Source of the DNA: Monocercomonoides exilis PA203
Lineage: Eukaryota; Protista; Preaxostyla
DNA: 64,000 bases
NCBI GenBank assembly: GCA_001643675.2
Contig: LSRY02000011.1
Location: 1 to 64,000 of the forward strand
Direction of reading: 5' to 3'
The stretch's first letter is position 1; each line of letters begins with the position of its first letter. A model generated the notes under the pieces. That model did no database searches, was not told where the DNA came from, and saw nothing but the letters and a program-made list of their open reading frames with translations. The position numbers and the translations under genes are program-made. This document shows, piece by piece, positions 42,001 through 52,281 of this stretch.

Positions 42001-45000
42001 CAGGAGCTCAGGGGGCTATTAGTACAAATTTTGTAATTTTTATCGAAAAAGAAGTTTTGAGAATAATTGGTGTTGAGTGATATTTCGGGTGAGAGGGCCC
42101 TTTCAGAGGGAAAAGACCTTCTCAGCCGAAATATCACAAAAACCTACACTCAAAACAATAACAGAGTGTGTGTGAATGGGGGAGAGAGTGATCGGAGGGC
42201 GTTGCAAGGCGCTCCCCACCCTCTCCGAGCCGGAAGGAACGCGCTGCGCGCTGCCCTAGGCCTTTCTCAGTCATTTTCCCTGTTTAACCGAATTTTTCAT
42301 AATATTTTTTTTGCGGGGCGGGGAGGGCGCGGTGAGTGGTGTGGCCTGCTGTGCAGGCCACAGGAGCCAGGGGGCTATTAGTACAAATTTTGTAATTTTT
42401 ATCGAAAAAGAAGTTTTGAGAATAATTGGTGTTGAGTGATATTTCGGGTGAGAGGGCCCTTTCAGAGGGAAAAGACCTTCTCAGCCGAAATATCACAAAA
42501 ACCTACACTCAAAACAATAACAGAGTGTGTGTGAATGGGGAGAGAGTGATCGGAGGGCGTTGCAAGGCGCTCCCCACCCTCTCCGAGCCGGAAGGAACGC
42601 GCTGCGCGCTGCCCTAGGCCTTTCTCAGTCATTTTCCCTGTTTAACCGAATTTTTCATAATATTTTTTTTTGCGGGGCGGGGAGGGCGCGGTGAGTGGTG
42701 TGGCCTGCTGTGCAGGCCACAGGAGCTCAGGGGGCTATTAGTACAAATTTTGTAATTTTTATCGAAAAAGAAGTTTTGAGAATAATTGGTGTTGAGTGAT
42801 ATTTCGGGTGAGAGGGCCCTTTCAGAGGGAAAAGACCTTCTCAGCCGAAATATCACAAAACCTACACTCAAAACAATAACAGAGTGTGTGTGAATGGGGA
42901 GAGAGTGATCGGAGGGCGTTGCAAGGCGCTCCCCACCCTCTCCGAGCCGGAAGGAACGCGCTGCGCGCTGCCCTAGGCCTTTCTCAGTCATTTTCCCTGT
43001 TTAACCGAATTTTTCATAATATTTTTTTTTTGCGGGGCGGGGAGGGCGCGGTGAGTGGTGTGGCCTGCTGTGCAGGCCACAGGAGCTCAGGGGGCTATTA
43101 GTACAAATTTTGTAATTTTTATCGAAAAAGAAGTTTTGAGAATAATTGGTGTTGAGTGATATTTCGGGTGAGAGGGCCCTTTCAGAGGGAAAAGACCTTC
43201 TCAGCCGAAATATCACAAAACCTACACTCAAAACAATAACAGAGTGTGTGTGAATGGGGAGAGAGTGATCGGAGGGCGTTGCAAGGCGCTCCCCACCCTC
43301 TCCGAGCCGGAAGGAACGCGCTGCGCGCTGCCCTAGGCCTTTCTCAGTCATTTTCCCTGTTTAACCGAATTTTTCATAATATTTTTTTTTGCGGGGCGGG
43401 GAGGGCGCGGTGAGTGGTGTGGCCTGCTGTGCAGGCCACAGGAGCTCAGGGGGCTATTAGTACAAATTTTGTAATTTTTATCGAAAAAGAAGTTTTGAGA
43501 ATAATTGGTGTTGAGTGATATTTCGGGTGAGAGGGCCCTTTCAGAGGGAAAAGACCTTCTCAGCCGAAATATCACAAAACCTACACTCAAAACAATAACA
43601 GAGTGTGTGTGAATGGGGGAGAGAGTGATCGGAGGGCGTTGCAAGGCGCTCCCCACCCTCTCCGAGCCGGAAGGAACGCGCTGCGCGCTGCCCTAGGCCT
43701 TTCTCAGTCATTTTCCCTGTTTAACCGAATTTTTCATAATATTTTTTTTTTGCGGGGCGGGGAGGGCGCGGTGAGTGGTGTGGCCTGCTGTGCAGGCCAC
43801 AGGAGCTCAGGGGGCTATTAGTACAAATTTTGTAATTTTTATCGAAAAGAAGTTTTGAGAATAATTGGTGTTGAGTGATATTTCGGGTGAGAGGGCCCTT
43901 TCAGAGGGAAAAGACCTTCTCAGCCGAAATATCACAAAAACCTACACTCAAAACAATAACAGAGTGTGTGTGAATGGGGGAGAGAGTGATCGGAGGGCGT
44001 TGCAAGGCGCTCCCCACCCTCTCCGAGCCGGAAGGAACGCGCTGCGCGCTGCCCTAGGCCTTTCTCAGTCATTTTCCCTGTTTAACCGAATTTTTCATAA
44101 TATTTTTTTTTGCGGGGCGGGGAGGGCGCGGTGAGTGGTGTGGCCTGCTGTGCAGGCCACAGGAGCCAGGGGCTATTAGTACAAATTTTGTAATTTTTAT
44201 CGAAAAAGAAGTTTTGAGAATAATTGGTGTTGAGTGATATTTCGGGTGAGAGGGCCCTTTCAGAGGGAAAAGACCTTCTCAGCCGAAATATCACAAAAAC
44301 CTACACTCAAAACAATAACAGAGTGTGTGTGAATGGGGGAGAGAGTGATCGGAGGGCGTTGCAAGGCGCTCCCCACCCTCTCCGAGCCGGAAGGAACGCG
44401 CTGCGCGCTGCCCTAGGCCTTTCTCAGTCATTTTCCCTGTTTAACCGAATTTTTCATAATATTTTTTTTGCGGGGCGGGGAGGGCGCGGTGAGTGGTGTG
44501 GCCTGCTGTGCAGGCCACAGGAGCCAGGGGGCTATTAGTACAAATTTTGTAATTTTTATCGAAAAGAAGTTTTGAGAATAATTGGTGTTGAGTGATATTT
44601 CGGGTGAGAGGGCCCTTTCAGAGGGAAAAGACCTTCTCAGCCGAAATATCACAAAACCTACACTCAAAACAATAACAGAGTGTGTGTGAATGGGGAGAGA
44701 GTGATCGGAGGGCGTTGCAAGGCGCTCCCCACCCTCTCCGAGCCGGAAGGAACGCGCTGCGCGCTGCCCTAGGCCTTTCTCAGTCATTTTCCCTGTTTAA
44801 CCGAATTTTTCATAATATTTTTTTGCGGGGCGGGGAGGGCGCGGTGAGTGGTGTGGCCTGCTGTGCAGGCCACAGGAGCTCAGGGGGCTATTAGTACAAA
44901 TTTTGTAATTTTTATCGAAAAAGAAGTTTTGAGAATAATTGGTGTTGAGTGATATTTCGGGTGAGAGGGCCCTTTCAGAGGGAAAAGACCTTCTCAGCCG

Positions 45001-45822
45001 AAATATCACAAAAACCTACACTCAAAACAATAACAGAGTGTGTGTGAATGGGGGAGAGAGTGATCGGAGGGCGTTGCAAGGCGCTCCCCACCCTCTCCGA
45101 GCCGGAAGGAACGCGCTGCGCGCTGCCCTAGGCCTTTCTCAGTCATTTTCCCTGTTTAACCGAATTTTTCATAATATTTTTTTTTGCGGGGCGGGGAGGG
45201 CGCGGTGAGTGGTGTGGCCTGCTGTGCAGGCCACAGGAGCTCAGGGGCTATTAGTACAAATTTTGTAATTTTTATCGAAAAAGAAGTTTTGAGAATAATT
45301 GGTGTTGAGTGATATTTCGGGTGAGAGGGCCCTTTCAGAGGGAAAAGACCTTCTCAGCCGAAATATCACAAAACCTACACTCAAAACAATAACAGAGTGT
45401 GTGTGAATGGGGGAGAGAGTGATCGGAGGGCGTTGCAAGGCGCTCCCCACCCTCTCCGAGCCGGAAGGAACGCGCTGCGCGCTGCCCTAGGCCTTTCTCA
45501 GTCATTTTCCCTGTTTAACCGAATTTTTCATAATATTTTTTTTGCGGGGCGGGGAGGGCGCGGTGAGTGGTGTGGCCTGCTGTGCAGGCCACAGGAGCCA
45601 GGGGGCTATTAGTACAAATTTTGTAATTTTTATCGAAAAAGAAGTTTTGAGAATAATTGGTGTTGAGTGATATTTCGGGTGAGAGGGCCCTTTCAGAGGG
45701 AAAAGACCTTCTCAGCCGAAATATCACAAAAACCTACACTCAAAACAATAACAGAGTGTGTGTGAATGGGGGAGAGAGTGATCGGAGGGCGTTGCAAGGC
45801 GCTCCCCACCCTCTCCGAGCCG
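1..45822. repeat. Tandem satellite-like array, unit ~357-358 bp, about 128 copies, running off the left edge of the window
   Basis: The anchor AGCCGAAATATCAC recurs every ~357 bp (e.g. 1, 5641, 16741, 17101, 44281, 45714). Units differ mainly in homopolymer lengths and in a GAGCCAGG/GAGCTCAGG variant. The array stops at ...CTCTCCGAGCCG (45822). Confidence 0.99.
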
Positions 45823-45920
45823 AAGTCACGTCGCTTCGCACAAAATGCTCACTTCGCTCGCATTTCGTGCTCGCTCCTTAGACTTTTGCTCGTCGAGCTT
45901 AGGGGAGCGCTATTAGTTTT
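45816..45920. repeat. Diverged terminal variant of the array unit with branched hairpin potential
   Basis: It aligns by eye with the unit core: CGCTCCTTAGACTTTTGCTC vs CGCTGCCCTAGGCCTTTCTC, and GAGCTTAGGGGAGCGCTATTAGT vs GAGCTCAGGGGGCTATTAGT. Stems: 45816-45827/45881-45892 (10 of 12 Watson-Crick) and 45838-45848/45860-45870 (10 of 11). Confidence 0.6.
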
Positions 45921-48900
45921 TTTAATTTTTTAATTTTTAATTTTTAATTTTTGTTTAAATTTTTGTATGTTTAAATTTTTTTATTTTTTTATTTATAAAT
46001 ATCAAAATTACCATATTTAAATTTATAATTAACTGATTTTACAGATTTTCGTATCTGCTTTGCAAAACTTAATCAGCAACATTCTTTCACGTTGATCACA
46101 CTTGATGGCATGCATTCCACGCTCGCAGCATAATATATAATCGTTTGCATCACTTTGCACATCATTGCATTCATTGTTTTCCAAGATCTGTTTTATTACT
46201 TATTCATGTGTTGCTAAGTAACGAAAATCTGAAATTAAAATTCACAAAGGATAATTAATCAACATCAAACATTTGCGTGCATGCTGATCGCATAATTAAT
46301 CTTCTATTAAACTTCATTTCCATCATTGTTGCCAACTCGCCGCTTCCGATCTTCGCTTTTTCAAACTTCCATCCGCACGTTTTCATTTCATTTCATAAAT
46401 GATTCATTGAAAACAAAAAATATTAAATGTTTCATTTTGTATTTGCAACAAACAAACGCAGAATGATACATTTAACTTTTCTCATATTTTTTCAATGAAA
46501 TTAAAGAATGATCAACATTCATAACAGCATATATTCAAATTAATCAAAGAAATAATCAATACAAACTTCATTAATTTGAATCTTTTGTTTCGATAAATGC
46601 AAAATCTTTCATTGATCAAAATAAAAAATTCAATTTGAAAATATATTTATCCGTAAATAATAAAGAACACTGATAACTTTTGAAGCTCACTAATACTTTA
46701 TTTAATGTTCCAGTAAAGCTGTAAAATGAATGACAGTTTATTTCATTAAATAGACAGAAATTGCTTAAACGATCTTGAATTAAAGAAAATGAATTTATTT
46801 ATCTCTCAGACAATAAATTGAAAAAAGCACACAAAAATATTCTCAATCTGCTTTGTTCCTTTAATTCTGTACTTTGCAAATATAAAAATTATACCATTTC
46901 TATCAATGATCTCAACTGTTCTGATTTTGTTTCACTGAAATTATAAATTCATTCAAAAAAAGAATTAATAGAAATGGAAATACCTCTATGTTCATCATTT
47001 CATCCCAGTTTGTCATGTCTTTCAAGCATTATATTGAAATTGCGATTCATCAGTACTGCAAAAAAGGAGTTTCATAATTCCTTTTCACAAAAATGAAAAC
47101 AAAAAAATGTTCAAGTAATGAAATAGCAAATATCTGTTCAAACATCAAATAATTCAAACTGTGAAATTTCATTTCTTCAACAATAATAAGTCATCTCTGT
47201 TTGAAAAAAGAAAATTCCATTCATTAATCCTTTTCGGCTGCTCAGCTTTTGGCATTCCATCGAAGATTCTATATTTATTTGAAGAACAATGTGCAATATG
47301 TACAGAAAATGTCGTAATTCTATTTTCAAACTTCTCGCACGCTACAAGAAAATGATTGATCAACATAATTTGCTTCATGACACATTTTATTTATCAAAAA
47401 CAAAGAAATCAATGGAAAAATAAAATAAATTCATCAAACCTCTCGTCTTTTTCAACATTATCGATCAGATATTTGTTTCTATCAGATAAAAATGCAAGAT
47501 ATCTTCTTCTTTTTGTTTCAGGTTATACCATTGTTGGATCAACAAAAAGAAAAATCACAAAGAATATAATTTTCTTCAATTGTCAATCATTTGAAAAATC
47601 CTCTTCCAATGCATTGGATTCATCTTTAATTATCCTGTTTAATCAATAAGCAATCAAATTTTATCTAATTCAACACAAAATATAACTCCAAACCATGTTC
47701 TTTTCATTCAAAACTGTTTATCTTCATTTTGCCGATTAAGAGATAAACAACATTGTCAGATTGTTGTGATATTGAACAACTGCACAAATTAATCGCAAAA
47801 CATGCATATTACGTTGAAGCTTTCATTCGGCAACGTTCAGGTCTTCACAAAAATGTTGAAACAATTGATCATTGCTAACAAACAAACAAAAAAGAAAAAT
47901 TGAAAACCCTTCATGACAAAAATAATAAAATGTATCATCACTCATCACACAGACTATATTCGCTTCAAAATCAATTTCATTTGCAGAGGAACTAGTGAAC
48001 ATCCGAAAGCCTTTTCATTGATAACTATTCAAACAGCAAAATGATATAAAATTTGAGAAACATTCTTTATTTGAAGATGAAAATATCAATGCACGAACCT
48101 GCAATTATCCAATAATTTTCTGTGATGCAAAATAAACTTTCTTCCAATTATATTGTCTGTTTCAATGAAAAATGATAAAAAAATCTTCAATAAAATAAAA
48201 AGGAACAAATCTACACACATTTTCGCACAACCATTTGAAATAAATGTTAAACTTGGACATATGATGCGAACATTTATTGAAACATTTTTCTGCCTTTTGA
48301 TCATTTCCATAAATCGATATTTGCTTCAACTACATGAATGTTTCTTTTTCTTTGCATGCTGATGAATGGCACTCAATAACATCAGTATTGATGAAAATAA
48401 TTATTGCTGTTTGCATTTTCAAGTTATCAATTGAGTTTTATCCCTTTTTATTAAACAAACTTTCATCATTTTCAGATAGTTGTATATTCGTTGAGAAGAA
48501 ATGAAATCACAAAATTCATCACAGAAGTAAATGCATTTCAAAGTTTGTTTTCATTCTGCCTTCAAAATAATTGTCATTTGCTCTTTTATATCGTTTTAAG
48601 AATGAAGTTAGTTGATCAAAAATCAGATGACACAGTTTTTCGGTTCATCGACTACATTGACTGCTGATAACCTGGTATGTTGTTCTGTGGCATATAAACT
48701 ATTTGTTTCTGTGTTTATTTTTTCTCCAATAATTGTATTCATTGAAAATGAAATGATTTTTTATTGGAATTTTTTTGACTGAATAACCTTTGATCTTTTT
48801 ATTTTTCTGAATAACTCTTGACCCATAATGTGTTATTTTGACTCAATTTTGGTTTTTGATTTGTTTTTTAATTTTTCATTTTTATTTACGTTTTTGACTA

Positions 48901-49239
48901 ACTATGTTGCTGTATTTTATGTTATATGTTTATATAACGATATATATGATGTTTTTATTGTGTTTTTTTATTATAACTAACTTTTATAAATACTAATAAT
49001 AACATTTTTAAACTTTTAAACTTTGTTATAATGTTGTTATGACACAATAGATTGGATATCATGGATGAAACAATAACGAGACAATGTTGCGGATGGACAT
49101 TCATTGAATGTGATGCGATATAAAAAGGTTTGTTTTTGTTTTTCTTTTAAAGAAAGTTAATAGTTTTAAATAATAATACGTTGTTATATTGGTGTATGGT
49201 GATGTGGAAAAACATTTCATTAATAACCTGCCTCCAAAC

Positions 49240-52200
49240 TTACAAACATTGAACGTCTTCATCTGAATCATCCTCGACTCTTACCCATTCACTCCCATCC
49301 TCACTCCTCTTCAACCTCTTGCTCTTCTTTGTACTCTTCATCTTCTTTATCATCATTTCTGTTTCAGCCTCGTCAATCTCTTCTTCTTCTTCTTCTTCTT
49401 CTCTTCTCTTCCTCTTTGTTGCCTTTTCTTCACCACATCCCCACTCATCTTCCATGTTGACAGGCTTTCTTTTCTTGTATGTCTTTTTCTTTATTTCATT
49501 TGTTTGACTTTGTTTTGCTTTTTCTATTATATCCTTTAGTGGAAGAGGTTTAGGTTTTTCAATCTTCCCCTTCTTCAGAAGAACCTGAAGATGGTCATCG
49601 ATGTGCTGACGATTTCGAAAGGGAAACAACTTCATCATTTCGGATGCCCTTTTTCCTTCATTAAAGAGCTGAATTAGTTTGTCATCATCCTCTTTCTTCC
49701 ATCGAATTCTTCTAATGTTATTTTTTTCATTTCTTTCTCTATCTTTTATCGCTTCTTCTCTCTCCTTCTTTCTTCTCTCTTTCACTGTTAAATGTGACAT
49801 ATGATCAACCTTATGGTTGTACTTTCTAACCGGCGCCTTTGATGTGCAGCTCTCAGCCATGTCGCATATCATTGTTGCCATTTCTTCTGGAGTCTTGCCT
49901 TGCACAAGGAGTTGATCTTGTATGAACATGTTGGCAACCGTTGAAGCAACAGAATAAAGGTCTGTCTTTCTTTGTTCTTCTTCCTTCTTTTCATTAATTT
50001 CTTTCATTCTGTATTCTGCAACCATCATCAATTCTTCATTTTCTTCAACTAACTTCTTTGAACCGTTTCTAATGTACCTCTCTCTTTTCGCTTCCTCCAC
50101 AATCAACTCTCCATAATACTCACTCATTCTTCTTTTCACTAACTCTGAAAACTTCTCCATTGGGGTTTTCTCTTTCTTCACATTTTCCTTAAATGAAACA
50201 CCATGAAACACTTCCAACTCCAATAGTGTTTCATCGAACACAGTTTGGTTTCTATCATCATTGGTTGTTATAAGTCTTGATGCAACCATGGCTCTCTTCA
50301 CGGCTTCTTTGATGTAAGTGCATTGCGAAAGTCGACACTGTTGCCAGCCAGCAACAAAGGCTGTTTTTTCCATGACTGCTCGTTGGGTTTCATTGTCTTT
50401 GTTCGCAGCGATAAGAGCGGTGCATATGAAACCGCTTCGTAGTGAATGGAAACAAAACAGATGTCGTGGATATCCTGCAGCTTCCGCTCTGCTTTTAAAT
50501 CGCTCCCTCATGCTGTCGGTGCTCAGTGGCCACACGAGTTGATTTAGGTTTGCTTTTTCTTTAGCATTATTCCAATCTGAAAGTCTGATTCCTGTTTTTT
50601 GATATACATATAACGAGAGCCAATAGACTGGATCTTCATCATTCTCTTCGTCTTCATTTCCTTCGATCGTGACCTTGTGGCCCCAGTTGTGCGATGCTTT
50701 TGTTCTGTTGAATTGGATGGTGCACAGTAATTTATTGGTGAATTTGGATCTCACAACTTGCTTGATATCTGAAAGTTTAACACTGGAAAGCGTGATGGCA
50801 CGAGCCCCTGTGTGCACAGCGACGAGGAAGAGCGATGATTCTAAAGCCTTGTCGAGCATTGTATTTGGAATGAAATGAACAATTCTTTTCACATCCTGGA
50901 GTACAGCAGGTTCTTTTTTTGTTACAGTTTTCTCCACTTCACTGCTATATTTTAAACATCTCACTGCATCTTTCAAAGAATGATAAGTGTTTGAACTAAG
51001 TCTTTTTCCTCTTTTTATAATGTTAATTCTTTTAAGTGATGGAATGATTACGTATCGAATAGAGGAAAGAGGGTAGTGGCACTCTTTCCCACAAAACAAA
51101 ACGAACCCTCTCGCTGCTTCGTGATGTAACGGCCACGGTTCGATTTCCACTTTTTCAGCCCATATTGTCAGCAAGCGGTTCACCCAAGAATGTTTCTGTT
51201 TGGTAGCATCGGACCAAATCGATTCAACGTTCAAATATTTCTTGGCTTTTTCCTTGCTGACTCTGCTCACTGCTTCATCCATTCGAGTGGGATGAAAGTA
51301 GAGAGAGGAGGAAGGAATAATGGACGATGCTGAAAGAGAGGAAGAGAGAGAATTTGGAGAGACATCTGTTGAAGATGTTTGAAATAGTTCGGAGAAGGAT
51401 GTGGGAGGGGGCGAAGAACGAGCAGGAGTTTTTGAGGGAGAAGACAAGCTGTTGAGAGCATCTGCTTTTTCGCTGAGGAATTGACGATCATTTCTCAAAT
51501 ATTTGGCAGCATCTTTCGTGCTTTCCAAGATGTCTTTTATTTCATTATTATTTAACTTTTTCATTTTAATTTCTCCTTCATCAGATTCTTCCTCTTCAAC
51601 CATTAGATTATCATCCTCTTCATCATATTCATCACCGTCAGAATCTTCACTTGTTATTTCTTCTGATTCTGAATAATCAATTGCATCGTTGTATTTGTCG
51701 GATTTGCTTTTTTTCGAAGAATATTTAACTGAAGGAAGAATGTGAGTTATCGATGGTGTTCTTGTCGAATCTGAAGAGAGAAATTTTTTAGATGAACTTT
51801 TTTTATGCAACGAAACTTTATGAATTGATGGAATTGAAGAAGTTGGAGTGCAATTTGAAGATGAAGAACAGTGATGAGTGTTTTGTGATGGAGAAAGGAA
51901 TTCCTTCATAAACGACATCATTCTTTCGCACACTTCTTCCCTTCTGATAAATTCATTTTCATCAAAATTATCTGAAAGTGTGCGAATTTGAGTCGGTGGA
52001 GTCAAAAATGTCTAATAAAAATAATAAAAGAAAAACAAAATTAGAAATGAAAAAACAAACATTTTCGGTAAAGTTATTGGATTGTTCGTGTTTGTCCTTG
52101 ATTTTTTTCTTCAATAGTTCTCTATAATAAAAAATCAACAAAAATAAAAAAATTTTATCAAATAAAACCAAACAATGTAATTTTCAGTATCATTTGAAAA

Positions 52201-52281
52201 CATGGAGTTTTCATTTGCATCCAAAATTTCATCAGTGATAGAATTGGCAACAGATGAGCTGAATTCAACTTCCATCGACAT
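49240..52281 (-). CDS. Tyrosine recombinase (phage-integrase superfamily; Crypton/DIRS/Tec-type YR) with acidic, Ser-rich N-terminus and C-terminal Myb/SANT-like motif. Main exon 49240-52011; probable upstream exons 52061-52121 and 52174-52281.
   Basis: The 921-aa ORF has the catalytic motifs in canonical order: LVAVHTGARAITLSSVKLSDI (R, ~50800), FNRTKAS (K), FCFHSLRSGF (HxxR, ~50440) and FVAGW...TYIK (W and Y nucleophile, ~50345/50315). A core-binding-like segment (WSDATKQKH...YPLSSIRYVIIPSLK) lies upstream, and RIRWKKEDDDKLIQLFNEG...FPFRNRQHIDDHL resembles a Myb repeat. The ORF-track start is a TTG; the 5' exon model is inferred. Confidence 0.9.
52012..52060 (-). other. Probable 49-nt spliceosomal intron (intron 2 of the recombinase gene)
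   Basis: Minus strand reads GTTTGTTTTTTC...TTTTTATTAG and is T-rich. Removing it joins ...GAA AAT | ACA TTT TTG ACT CCA in frame with the long ORF. Confidence 0.7.
52122..52173 (-). other. Probable 52-nt spliceosomal intron (intron 1 of the recombinase gene)
   Basis: Minus strand reads GTTTGGTTTT...TTATTATAG and follows a 36-codon exon (MSMEVEF...ENYI, ATG at 52281). The frame is restored only if the A7 run at 52102-52108 is really A6, which would be a homopolymer error (inferred). Confidence 0.55.

Noticed and set aside
1-45822. CRISPR array or integron cassette array
   Set aside because: Whole units are near-identical, with no unique spacers or cassettes, no cas genes, and a eukaryotic context.
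1-45822. Drosophila 359-bp (1.688) satellite
   Set aside because: Only the length is similar. This unit has GC-rich blocks, and the linked rDNA has a contiguous 5.8S and is not insect-like.
43-45881. Hundreds of 60-123 aa ORFs on both strands in the array
   Set aside because: They are translations of the same 357-bp unit in shifting frames set by homopolymer indels. There is no stable frame and no recognisable domain.
49319-51491. Small ORFs overlapping the recombinase (49319, 50318, 50669, 51267) and the (TTC)n run near 49380
   Set aside because: They are antisense or off-frame shadows of the long ORF. The TTC run encodes its poly-Glu tract.
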